Assembly (NCBI GenBank): GCA_037144255.1 | Contig: JBAWXE010000001.1 | Coordinates: 24,866 to 88,865 of the forward strand | Source of the DNA: Bacteroidota bacterium | GTDB lineage: Bacteria; Bacteroidota; Bacteroidia; Chitinophagales; Chitinophagaceae | DNA: 64,000 nt | Direction: 5' to 3' | Program-made: the position numbers and the translations under genes | The notes under the pieces: model-generated | Database searches by the model: none | Seen by the model: the letters and a program-made list of their open reading frames with translations, nothing else | What the model was told of the DNA's origin: nothing | Part shown: in pieces, positions 38,872-47,646 of the stretch | Layout of the letters: each line of letters starts with the position of its first letter | Numbering within the stretch: position 1 is the stretch's first letter

Positions 38872-39927
38872 TTATTGTATCCTGACTCTGGGATCTATAC
38901 GGCTGTAAAGGATATCCGTACACAAATTTACTATTATAAATATAAGTGCTGTCAATAATACAGAGCCCATTACCATTGGAAAATCAAATTTGTCCAGTGC
39001 ATCTACTGTTATTTTACCCACTCCCTTCCATCCAAATATATACTCTATGAAAAAGGAGCCTGCTAACAATTCTGCCAGCCAACCCGATATAGCAGTGATT
39101 ACCGGGTTCATGGCATTAGGAAGCGCATGTCTGAAAATCACTTTACTGGTAGATAAGCCTTTAGCGTATGCGGTGCGTATATAGTCTTGTGATAATGTGT
39201 CTAATAAGGCACTTCTGGTTAGTTGGGTAATAATGGCCAATGGTCTAATGCCTAATGCTATTGCCGGTAATAGTAGATTCTTAATAGCTAAGTGCTTCCC
39301 GGTAAATGGATCATATTCCCACAGGCTGCCCGTCATATTCAGCCCTGTAATATTATGCAGCAAGTACCCAAATACATATGCTATCAGCAACCCTGCAAAA
39401 AATGAGGGCATCGATATGCCAGCTACACTGGCAGCAATAGCACTTGTGTCCATCCATGTATTCTTTTTTAGAGCAGCCAGTATGCCCAATAATATACCTA
39501 ATATACTGGCTAGGGTCATAGCGCTGAGTGCTAATACTACTGTGCCCGGCAATGCCTCTCCCAATACCGCATTCACTTCTCTTTTGGTACGGTAAGAACG
39601 CCCCAGATACGGCCATTTGCCAGCAAGGCAATATTGCCCCAATGGCACCAGCCTTTGGTAATGATATGTTTGTTCTGCAGTCTTGTTATTAGGGTAAACA
39701 CTCAGTGGTGATAGATCATTCAGGTATAGAAAGTACCGTGCCACTAATGGCTTGTCCAGATTCATTTCGTGACGTATATTCTCAAGCGTTGCCAGATCGC
39801 TACGCTGACCCATCGTCAGTCTCGCCGGGTCCCCAGGCAATACATTGAACAATACAAACACTACAGTGACCACCCCCCACAGCACCAATAGGCTGTACCT
39901 GATGCGCCGTGTCAGTAAGGCTAACAC
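38872..39927 (-). CDS. ABC transporter permease (DppB/OppB-like)
   Basis: 351 aa, six TM helices, EAA-loop region (YIRTAYAKGLS). GTG start overlaps the upstream stop (TAGTG). Confidence 0.75.
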   Translation of the reverse strand: MLALLTRRIRYSLLVLWGVVTVVFVLFNVLPGDPARLTMGQRSDLATLENIRHEMNLDKPLVARYFLYLNDLSPLSVYPNNKTAEQTYHYQRLVPLGQYCLAGKWPYLGRSYRTKREVNAVLGEALPGTVVLALSAMTLASILGILLGILAALKKNTWMDTSAIAASVAGISMPSFFAGLLIAYVFGYLLHNITGLNMTGSLWEYDPFTGKHLAIKNLLLPAIALGIRPLAIITQLTRSALLDTLSQDYIRTAYAKGLSTSKVIFRHALPNAMNPVITAISGWLAELLAGSFFIEYIFGWKGVGKITVDALDKFDFPMVMGSVLLTALIFIIVNLCTDILYSRIDPRVRIQ

Positions 39928-41060
39928 TAATTGATCTTCAGTTTTTTGTTCTCAAAAGCTATGTTCTTTGGATAATCGCAGAAACTCCATTTACCACGCA
40001 CTGTTCCTTGTTCTAGTAGCATCAGCCCCGGATTGCTGCGCATAGCTGTTTTGCTTACCGTTACATCTACCACATAGTAAGGCATATCACCCAGTTTCTG
40101 TGCTGCATGAAACTCCTTGGCAGTTTTCTCATTGCATGAGTATACTGCATAGAAAGGTATGTTCAGTCTTACGGTCATTTCATACAGTTTGCGCAGCTTA
40201 TCCATATTATCTGTACGTGCATGCTCAGGGTCTTTGATAAAATAAACGAAAGTATAACCTGCTGTTGTCAGTATCTCTTTGGTATGATCTCCTCCTTGAT
40301 AGTCTGATATAGCAAAGTCTTTGATCTCTGCTTCTGCATTCCCCTTACTTATCAGCTTATCTTTTCTGTCCACAAATTTCCAGGTGCTATCTTGCCAAGG
40401 GTAATTGCTCATAGTAAATTCTTTCTTCACGCCATCCTTTTCATATATCATCACAGTCTCGTACTTATCTGGTATGGCACCTGCAGGTATCTGCATTTTT
40501 TCAGAGATGTTATTGCTTACTTTATAAGGTAGGCAATCATGTACCGGTAAATGCTCCAATACATACCACTGCATACCGAACGAGAAGAACGTTAGTAATA
40601 TCATCAGTGATGTACCTATGTAATTATTGCTGAATAAAGGTTGTACACGTTTGCGATATACAAACAGTATCAGTATCATTACCAATAATGCCACATCTTT
40701 ATAGAAGGTAGCCTCGTTCGATATCTTGATACAATCACCAAAACAACCACACTCTTTTATTTTACCTGAGTATAAAGCAAATGCCGTAAGGAAAGTGAAA
40801 AATGCTATCAATAATAAGGTAAAGAATGAGAATAGTCTGAAAGCATATCCCAATAATATAGCCACACCTGCCATTAGCTCAAAACCTATCATCAGTATAG
40901 AGAATGCCAGCGCATAATGACTGAAGAAGGTCATATGTAGCACTTCAAAGAATTCTTCCATTTTGTAGCTTAGGCCCAGTGGGTCATTGGCTTTCACCAA
41001 TCCCGAGAAGATAAATAGTACACCTACTACTATTCTTAATAACCAAAGGAAATACTTCAT
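39927..41060 (-). CDS. DoxX/MauE-like membrane protein with C-terminal thioredoxin-fold-like domain
   Basis: 377 aa. Four or five TM helices and a CGCFGDC motif. Soluble C-terminal half lacks CxxC. Confidence 0.6.
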   Translation of the reverse strand: MKYFLWLLRIVVGVLFIFSGLVKANDPLGLSYKMEEFFEVLHMTFFSHYALAFSILMIGFELMAGVAILLGYAFRLFSFFTLLLIAFFTFLTAFALYSGKIKECGCFGDCIKISNEATFYKDVALLVMILILFVYRKRVQPLFSNNYIGTSLMILLTFFSFGMQWYVLEHLPVHDCLPYKVSNNISEKMQIPAGAIPDKYETVMIYEKDGVKKEFTMSNYPWQDSTWKFVDRKDKLISKGNAEAEIKDFAISDYQGGDHTKEILTTAGYTFVYFIKDPEHARTDNMDKLRKLYEMTVRLNIPFYAVYSCNEKTAKEFHAAQKLGDMPYYVVDVTVSKTAMRSNPGLMLLEQGTVRGKWSFCDYPKNIAFENKKLKIN

Positions 41061-41123
41061 AAGGTAGTATGTTTTGCTATGATAATATGACGTGAATTTA
41101 CTGAATAGAATGCTATAGAATTC

Positions 41124-41699
41124 TTAATTCTCACTCATTTTTATAAGTGCAAATATGGCATAGTTGATGATATCGCAAAAATTGGCTTCAGGCCCTTCAG
41201 ATACCAGTGTCTGTCCGTCATTGGCCAATATCTGTTTAATGCGCAGCAGCTTTACCAGTATCAGGTCCACAAACGATTGCTGAGACATATCTCTCCATGC
41301 CTCGCCATAGTCATGGTTCTTTTGCAGCATCAGGTCCTCTACTTCTTTGGCTTTCAGCTCATACCATTGTTTGGCATCGTCCACACTCAGTTCTATGTCA
41401 GCATCTACGGGTAGGGTAGCCTGTATCAGTGCTATAATGCCATAGTTCACTATCCCTATGAACTCACTATCTATACCGTCCTCTATCTGTTGCTTGCCTG
41501 TTTCCTGTATCTGGCGTATGCGCCATGCCTTTATATATATCTGATCTATTATAGATATAGGTCTCAGTACTCTCCACGATGTACCGTAATCTTTGGCTTT
41601 TTTCACATATAGATCCCTGCATTGTGATACTATACTGCGATATTGCCCTAAAGTATGTGCCATTTGTTCAGAAATGTTGGTGCTTACACTATCCTGCAT
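41124..41699 (-). CDS. DUF1599-like protein (two internal repeats)
   Basis: 191 aa. Repeats KDYGTSWRVLRPISIIDQIYIKAWRIRQI and HDYGEAWRDMSQQSFVDLILVKLLRIKQI. Divergent from folP, as is typical in Bacteroidota. Confidence 0.7.
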   Translation of the reverse strand: MQDSVSTNISEQMAHTLGQYRSIVSQCRDLYVKKAKDYGTSWRVLRPISIIDQIYIKAWRIRQIQETGKQQIEDGIDSEFIGIVNYGIIALIQATLPVDADIELSVDDAKQWYELKAKEVEDLMLQKNHDYGEAWRDMSQQSFVDLILVKLLRIKQILANDGQTLVSEGPEANFCDIINYAIFALIKMSEN

Positions 41700-41713
41700 T
41701 TTCTTTGTATACG

Positions 41714-42565
41714 ATGAATTCCAAAAATACGCTTTTACCTATACAAACCACGCTGCAAAGTCGGGGTAAATTATTGGATCTTTCCCGCCCTCGGGTCATG
41801 GGTATACTCAATGCTACACCTGATAGTTTTTTTAATAAGGGGCAGAAAAGCAGTACCGACGAGCTTTTGCATCAGGCAGAGGCTATGCTGGTTCAGGGGG
41901 CTACTATATTAGATATAGGTGGGGCATCTACCCGCCCCGGTGCACCCGATATTCCTGTAGATGAGGAGTTGCGTAGGGTATTACCATTAATTACTGCCAT
42001 ACATCAACGTTTTCCTGATGTGTGGCTGTCTGTCGATACTTTTCATGCTGATATTGCTCTTGCTACTGTTGATGCAGGGGTATCTATTATAAACGATGTC
42101 AGTGCTGGTCGCTTTGATGCATCTATGATACAAACAGTTGCACAATTGCAAGTGCCATATATAGCCATGCATATGCAGGGTACTCCCAATACCATGCAGT
42201 ACGATCCTCAATACGCCGATGTAGTAACAGAGGTGCGCGATTATCTAAGGGATATTACCACGCAATGCACTCAAGCGGGTATTGCAGATATCATCATCGA
42301 TCCCGGCTTTGGCTTTGGTAAAACTGTAGAACATAATTTTAGCCTCCTACGCTCACTGCATACATTCCGCATTTTAGGTAAGCCTATCCTGGCTGGCATA
42401 TCCCGTAAATCTATGATCTGTAAAGTGCTGAAGGTAAATCCTGAAGAAGCACTCAATGGTACTACTGCACTACACATGGTAGCCTTGCAGCAAGGTGCTA
42501 ACATACTACGTGTGCATGATGTAAAAGAAGCTGTAGAAGTTATCAAACTCTACGAACAGTTATAA
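41714..42565 (+). CDS. folP: Dihydropteroate synthase
   Basis: ATG at 41714 (MNSKNTL...). MGILNATPDSF, DIGGASTRPG and pterin-binding motifs. The track ORF start at 41579 lies inside the divergent gene. Confidence 0.9.
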   Translation: MNSKNTLLPIQTTLQSRGKLLDLSRPRVMGILNATPDSFFNKGQKSSTDELLHQAEAMLVQGATILDIGGASTRPGAPDIPVDEELRRVLPLITAIHQRFPDVWLSVDTFHADIALATVDAGVSIINDVSAGRFDASMIQTVAQLQVPYIAMHMQGTPNTMQYDPQYADVVTEVRDYLRDITTQCTQAGIADIIIDPGFGFGKTVEHNFSLLRSLHTFRILGKPILAGISRKSMICKVLKVNPEEALNGTTALHMVALQQGANILRVHDVKEAVEVIKLYEQL

Positions 42566-42571
42566 AACACA

Positions 42572-42597
42572 AAGCCCTCTCCTAATGGAGAGGGCTT
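42572..42597. terminator. Hairpin between convergent folP and the DUF2752 gene
   Basis: AAGCCCTCTCC-TAAT-GGAGAGGGCTT. Confidence 0.7.
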
Positions 42598-42626
42598 GTA
42601 TCAATTATTTATTCAGAGTTATTATA

Positions 42627-42977
42627 TCACTCTGTTGTAGTTTCCTGCAATTCGTTTTCAACTTTCTTGATAGCACGATATTTTAAAATAGCTTTCCTGA
42701 AATCTACAACCAATAAACCGCTTAATATAGGCAATACAATAAAACACTTACTGTTGTATTGTTCTGCTTGTCTCCAGTCCAGATGTATCAAATGCATACA
42801 GGCTCTTGTCATACCACATCCCCAACAATGATAGCCGGATAATTTTGTGAATAGGCAGATATCCTGTCCTCTATCAAAAAAATCCAAAGGGAGTATGAGT
42901 AGTATAAGAGGAAAAATGGCCAAAGCAATTGCTTTGGCCAAATGAAATTTACTTTTTGTGTATAGTTTACTAAACAA
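42627..42977 (-). CDS. DUF2752-like small membrane protein
   Basis: 116 aa with a CWGCGMTR motif and TM helices. Confidence 0.65.
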   Translation of the reverse strand: MFSKLYTKSKFHLAKAIALAIFPLILLILPLDFFDRGQDICLFTKLSGYHCWGCGMTRACMHLIHLDWRQAEQYNSKCFIVLPILSGLLVVDFRKAILKYRAIKKVENELQETTTE

Positions 42978-42980
42978 TTC

Positions 42981-43409
42981 TTATAAAGTTTGACTGTAAG
43001 AACCATCCTTAGGTTTCAGATCTCCTGTGATGATACGGATAAGATCTATCAATGCCCAAAGGCCGCATCCGCCACCTGTAAGCAATTGAACAACACCTTG
43101 CCATGTATATCCAAGATAAAAACGATGGATACCCAAACCTCCAACAAGAAGACAAAGTATTAAGGCAATAACTTGACTCTTGCCACCACCAGAGCCTGCT
43201 GGGGCAGTAGCATTTGCTGCTGTAGCATCATTAAAGCTTTTTACAGCTTCTTGAGACTGTTGCTCAGATAAATTTTGAGATGTGTTTCCTTCTTTTACAG
43301 AAGTCATCTCTGTCTTTTGGTTAGCGATAGGGAACGCTGCGTATCCCATAGTGCCGCCGATCATTGATAGAATAATGATCGCAAAAACGATTTTTAGGTG
43401 TTTTTTCAT
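42981..43409 (-). CDS. TM2 domain-containing membrane protein
   Basis: 142 aa. GGLGIHRFYLGYTWQGVVQLLT is the TM2 signature. Confidence 0.75.
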   Translation of the reverse strand: MKKHLKIVFAIIILSMIGGTMGYAAFPIANQKTEMTSVKEGNTSQNLSEQQSQEAVKSFNDATAANATAPAGSGGGKSQVIALILCLLVGGLGIHRFYLGYTWQGVVQLLTGGGCGLWALIDLIRIITGDLKPKDGSYSQTL

Positions 43410-43459
43410 AATTTACAGTTTTTTGTAAATATATAAGCTTTGTTTCCCAAAATCAATAT

Positions 43460-44347
43460 ATGAGACTAAAATATTTTGCTGTATTTTTTTTGCTTGTAAT
43501 ACAGTCTGAGTTGATTATGGCGCAGACACAAAATTTAATCTTTATTGGAGTTGCTAAGGTCAAGGGTAGTGTGTCATATAGTTATAAATTACAATTTACA
43601 GACTCTGCAAATAAAATATACGGCTATTCTGTTACAGATGTAATGGGGCCTAATGAAACGAAGACTGAAGTATTGGGTACTATTGATAATGATAAACAAA
43701 AGCTTTCGTTCAGGGAACGTAAGATCATATACACTAAGTCTAAAGAATCTAAAGACAATTTCTGCTACTTACATGCCGATCTGAAAATTACCAATATAAA
43801 GGGAGCTACTGCTCTCAAAGGCCATTTTACAGGTTATAAAGAAGATGCTAAAACTGTATGCGCAAAAGGTGAACTCCTATTATTCAGTGCAAACGATGTA
43901 TTAGATCAGTTATTAAAGATAGCACCTAAAAGAGATTCTGTGGAAAAGGCGGATAGTAGCAAAATTGAGCACAGGGAAAACAGTAACATTACGAATGTGA
44001 TAAAACTGGCACCCGGAAAAACTTTCGATTTGCATTGTCCTTCTAATACTTTGAATCTAGAAGTATGGGATGATAAGAATATCGATGGTGATATTATTAC
44101 CATCATGCAGAATACTAAGTATATTTTGCAAAACTATACCCTGCAACGAGATCATAGATTATTACACATCGATCTCTCAGCCAATCAAACAGATACTTTA
44201 AAGGTGATAGCCATCAACGAGGGCTCAGAACCTACCAATACTGCTCGTATAAAAATTACTTCAGGCAATATGACTCAGTATATAGATGCCACCACCACTA
44301 TCAGCACGCCCGTATATATATACTTGAAACAGGATAGCAGAAAGTAG
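43460..44347 (+). CDS. Secreted hypothetical protein
   Basis: 295 aa. Signal peptide, no recognised domain. Confidence 0.45.
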   Translation: MRLKYFAVFFLLVIQSELIMAQTQNLIFIGVAKVKGSVSYSYKLQFTDSANKIYGYSVTDVMGPNETKTEVLGTIDNDKQKLSFRERKIIYTKSKESKDNFCYLHADLKITNIKGATALKGHFTGYKEDAKTVCAKGELLLFSANDVLDQLLKIAPKRDSVEKADSSKIEHRENSNITNVIKLAPGKTFDLHCPSNTLNLEVWDDKNIDGDIITIMQNTKYILQNYTLQRDHRLLHIDLSANQTDTLKVIAINEGSEPTNTARIKITSGNMTQYIDATTTISTPVYIYLKQDSRK

Positions 44348-44420
44348 TCATTTTTTTTTCACAGACAATTTTATGCTTTGTGGATGTTTTAAGCGAGGTA
44401 TATCAAGCGTCAAACGTGAT

Positions 44421-44909
44421 TTAATTTTCAGGATGAGCTATTTTGTTATCACGCATCGCTTGGTTGATCATTTTTATGAGTTTGGCATGTAGTGGTTTGT
44501 TGATCATAAACTTGCCGCTGCTTTTTGAGAAGAATTGACCAAATCCAGCCATACAAACTATACTGTCCTTACTGTTCCTATTTATTATTTCAGCCCTTAC
44601 ATCAATACTTGTTATTGCTGAATTATCTTTGAATAGATTAAACAGGCTGTCAATTTCAATATAATCTTGAGAATTTTCTTTTACAATAATTTTTCTTTTT
44701 TCATCTGTGTAAGATGTTATAAAGGCATTACAACTGATATCAATAAATGTTTCCATTCCAGGGTCCATATATTGAATGACAATCTCTTTTGTTGTTCTTT
44801 GTTTATTCTTTAGTGTATCAGCATGAGTAGATTTATCATTTTGCACATTTGGGTTATTACATCCTAATATGGCAATTATTGAACAAAATAGTATCATGCT
44901 CCTTTTCAT
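44421..44909 (-). CDS. Hypothetical lipoprotein
   Basis: ATG at 44909 (MKRSMILFCSIIAILGCNN lipobox) is preferred over the TTG at 44930. Confidence 0.45.
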   Translation of the reverse strand: MKRSMILFCSIIAILGCNNPNVQNDKSTHADTLKNKQRTTKEIVIQYMDPGMETFIDISCNAFITSYTDEKRKIIVKENSQDYIEIDSLFNLFKDNSAITSIDVRAEIINRNSKDSIVCMAGFGQFFSKSSGKFMINKPLHAKLIKMINQAMRDNKIAHPEN

Positions 44910-44919
44910 AGGCTCAATA

Positions 44920-45510
44920 TTAACATCCAAATCTAATATCTATTAGCAACTTATTACCCTTTCTCCATCTTACCCATCCGCTCATTCCTTTTGCAGGGCA
45001 TTCATTACAGGCTGTATTACATTCTACATAGCACCATTCACCCTTTACTCGTTTTATAGTATAGGTATTAGTATTGTTTTCTGCTATCAATGTGTGCGAT
45101 GTACTATCAGTGTATAAAGAAGTGTTTTTATCCAGTTTCAGTATCATGCCTTTCAGGTACACCTGCCAGGGCATATAGCTTACTTGCTCTCCGGCTACAT
45201 TTCTTAGTATCAGTACTACTCGGTTATTTACCAGCACTTTATAATACTTATCGGCAGTCTCTACACAGTCTAGTATCAGTATGTTTTTATCAGGGTAGTA
45301 GTACCTGCTATGTACATTGCCGCTACTTACACCAGTATGTTTTATACAGCTATATACTTCACCGCTTACCTCATACAGTACCACACTATCCTTGCTACTC
45401 ATTTTCTCCAGATCTACTTTCACTACACCATTCTTCAGTGTACCCTGTGCATATCCGTTTACCGCGTATATGTAGAATAATATAATGATGGCAACTGTGC
45501 GAATGCTCAT
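44920..45510 (-). CDS. Secreted hypothetical protein, Cys-rich SH3-like C-terminus
   Basis: ATG at 45510 (MSIRTVAIIILFYIYAVNGYAQ). C-terminus GEWCYVECNTACNECPAKGMSGWVRW. Confidence 0.45.
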   Translation of the reverse strand: MSIRTVAIIILFYIYAVNGYAQGTLKNGVVKVDLEKMSSKDSVVLYEVSGEVYSCIKHTGVSSGNVHSRYYYPDKNILILDCVETADKYYKVLVNNRVVLILRNVAGEQVSYMPWQVYLKGMILKLDKNTSLYTDSTSHTLIAENNTNTYTIKRVKGEWCYVECNTACNECPAKGMSGWVRWRKGNKLLIDIRFGC

Positions 45511-45663
45511 AATATCAGAGTCGATGAATATTTTCACCAAAGATATACTGCCGATGCTACACATTATTTCCTTTGGAAAAGCCGACCTTTTTTCGTACTT
45601 TTACCATGCCTGCAAGACGTATTTTTTTCCTTTCATACGTCCTTTATATTGCAAAAATATCAT

Positions 45664-45744
45664 CGGTAATTATTCGGTAACGATCGGTAATAAATCGGAA
45701 ATCCATCGGTAATTTTCGGTAATCAGTCGGTAAAGATTCAGTAA
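45664..45744. repeat. Second phased CGGTAA array (8 boxes, 10-11 bp spacing)
   Basis: Box starts at 45664, 45675, 45685, 45696 (CGGAAA), 45707, 45717, 45728 and 45739 (CAGTAA). Collinear with 5023..5115. Confidence 0.85.
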
Positions 45745-45781
45745 CTATTTTAGCTATACCCACAACACATTGTCGATTACC

Positions 45782-45895
45782 AAATGTTACACTGTAACCC
45801 AAATGTAACCTTTGAATTCTCACAACTCACTGATTATCAACCACTCAAACTTCTCGCTAACCATAAAAAAGTTTTTAAGAGAATGTAACCTTACG
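45782..45895 (+). repeat. Third copy of the TGTAAC/TGATTATCAA module
   Basis: AAATGTTACACTGTAACCCAAATGTAACCTTTGAATTCTCACAACTCACTGATTATCAAC...GAATGTAACC aligns with 5153..5265. Confidence 0.8.
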
Positions 45896-45925
45896 TTTTT
45901 TTATAGATGTCAATTCAATACTTTT

Positions 45926-46516
45926 ATGAACATACTCAATATGAATACCATGTCTTTAATTAAAAATAGATCCTGCTTATTTATTATTTGTATTTGTTTC
46001 CTTTCTATTAACTCACTTGCACAGGATAAACAGAAAGTTTTTCAAATGCACGATAATGAATTTATTGAAGCGCGTTTGGGTAAAGTTTTTCCTGTAAATG
46101 AAATTCTTACATCAATCACTGGAGAATTAATTGATCTGAAAAACCTCCACGAACCTTTAATTGTTTTCTTAGGTTTTTGGGGTTGTCATCCTTGTGAATT
46201 TGAATTGCCCATATTAGCCAAAGTATCTAAGATGGGAAAATATAAAAACTATCATTTTGTATATATAACTAAGGACAGGCTTAACAACTTCGAAAAAGAA
46301 TTATCCTCAATGCATTTAGATAGCTTAGGGAATATTAAAGTTGTTTGTGGCCAAGATACAATGATACATAAACGTAAATTGGATAACGGTTACCCTACAA
46401 TGTATTTTATTAATTCAGATTATACAGTTTCACATATAGAAACAGGTGGTAATACTAAGGGTGAAGAAACAGTAGTACTAGAACCTTGGAGTAAAGAATT
46501 GGATAAATTGAAATGA
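45926..46516 (+). CDS. Secreted thioredoxin-like (TlpA/redoxin family) protein
   Basis: WGCHPC CxxC motif. Signal peptide MSLIKNRSCLFIICICFLSINSLAQ. Candidate ATGs at 45926, 45941 and 45950. The track start at 45812 lies inside the repeat module. Confidence 0.7.
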   Translation: MNILNMNTMSLIKNRSCLFIICICFLSINSLAQDKQKVFQMHDNEFIEARLGKVFPVNEILTSITGELIDLKNLHEPLIVFLGFWGCHPCEFELPILAKVSKMGKYKNYHFVYITKDRLNNFEKELSSMHLDSLGNIKVVCGQDTMIHKRKLDNGYPTMYFINSDYTVSHIETGGNTKGEETVVLEPWSKELDKLK

Positions 46517-46530
46517 TTTCAAATACCCCA

Positions 46531-46636
46531 TGTAACCCAAATGTAACTTTTGAATCCACACAACTCATTGATTATCAACTATTCAACTTCCCCTGTAACC
46601 TTAAAAAATTCTCTCAGAATGTAACTTTTGAATTTC
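46531..46636 (+). repeat. Fourth copy of the TGTAAC/TTGATTATCAA module
   Basis: TGTAACCCAAATGTAACTTTTGAATCCACACAACTCATTGATTATCAAC...GAATGTAACTTTTGAA begins 15 bp after the redoxin stop. Confidence 0.8.
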
Positions 46637-46702
46637 AGCTCGCTCAACATAAATTTAACTAAGCCATAAACGCTCTTCACCTTTTTTCTACTCATTACAC
46701 TA

Positions 46703-46710
46703 TACATTTG
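46703..46710 (+). promoter_or_regulatory. Bacteroidota -7 box TACATTTG upstream of the S1/P1 nuclease gene
   Basis: Matches TAnnTTTG, 18 nt before the ATG at 46728. Confidence 0.4.
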
Positions 46711-46727
46711 TACCACAAACAATACTT

Positions 46728-47495
46728 ATGCATCGCATCTCTCTCATATTCATAGCTTTTATATTAATATTTGCCACACCATTGTCATCATTTGCCTGGG
46801 GCAAAAAAGGCCATAATCTCGTGGCCGATGTAGCTGCCCGTTATATGGATGATGCTACCCGCAAAAAAGTACAACATTATCTGGGTTCCACCACTTTCGA
46901 CGAGGCCAGTACTTGGATGGACGAGATGCGCTCCGACCATAGTTACGATTACATGAAACCATGGCATTATGTAGATTTCCCTAAAGGGAAATTATATAAT
47001 GCCAATACTGAGGAAAATCTGGTGAATGAACTGAACAAGGTGATTGGCGAACTGAATAATAAGAGCAAACTCTCTGATGAACAGATAAAAACGGACATAC
47101 TCATACTTTTCCATCTCGTAGGCGATCTGCATCAACCTTTACATGTAGGTTATGCTGATGATAAAGGCGGTAATGCGATCAAACTTACTTTTATCGACAA
47201 AGCAGATAATCTGCATTGGGTTTGGGACAATGGTATCATAGAAAATAAAAAGGTTATTCTTTCAGATGTAGTTAGGGAGGAGGCAAATTATACCCCTGCA
47301 CAACTGGAACAGCTCAAAAAGATCAATATCGAGAATTGGGTAAATGCTGAACGTCCTTTATTGACCGCAGTATACGATTTCAACAATAATACCATCGATC
47401 AGGCTTACGTAGATCGCAATATTAAGACAGTAGAAACACAATTATTTATAGCCGGTATCAGACTGGCAGCCATTCTGGAGCAAGCATTCAAATAG
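46728..47495 (+). CDS. S1/P1-family secreted nuclease
   Basis: 255 aa. The mature N-terminus WGKKGH and the HLVGDLHQPLH and NLHWVWD motifs are typical zinc ligands of S1/P1 nucleases. Confidence 0.85.
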   Translation: MHRISLIFIAFILIFATPLSSFAWGKKGHNLVADVAARYMDDATRKKVQHYLGSTTFDEASTWMDEMRSDHSYDYMKPWHYVDFPKGKLYNANTEENLVNELNKVIGELNNKSKLSDEQIKTDILILFHLVGDLHQPLHVGYADDKGGNAIKLTFIDKADNLHWVWDNGIIENKKVILSDVVREEANYTPAQLEQLKKINIENWVNAERPLLTAVYDFNNNTIDQAYVDRNIKTVETQLFIAGIRLAAILEQAFK

Positions 47496-47646
47496 ATAAT
47501 TGCAAATAATATATATGTGTATGTCAGTAAGCTATTGCTTATTATCAATATATTTTATAATTTAGCTGTCTATACATCCTTTCCTATTATTAGACTTTCG
47601 GCTATATAAGCACGAATACGTTTTTGATAATAATGCGTAAGATTTG

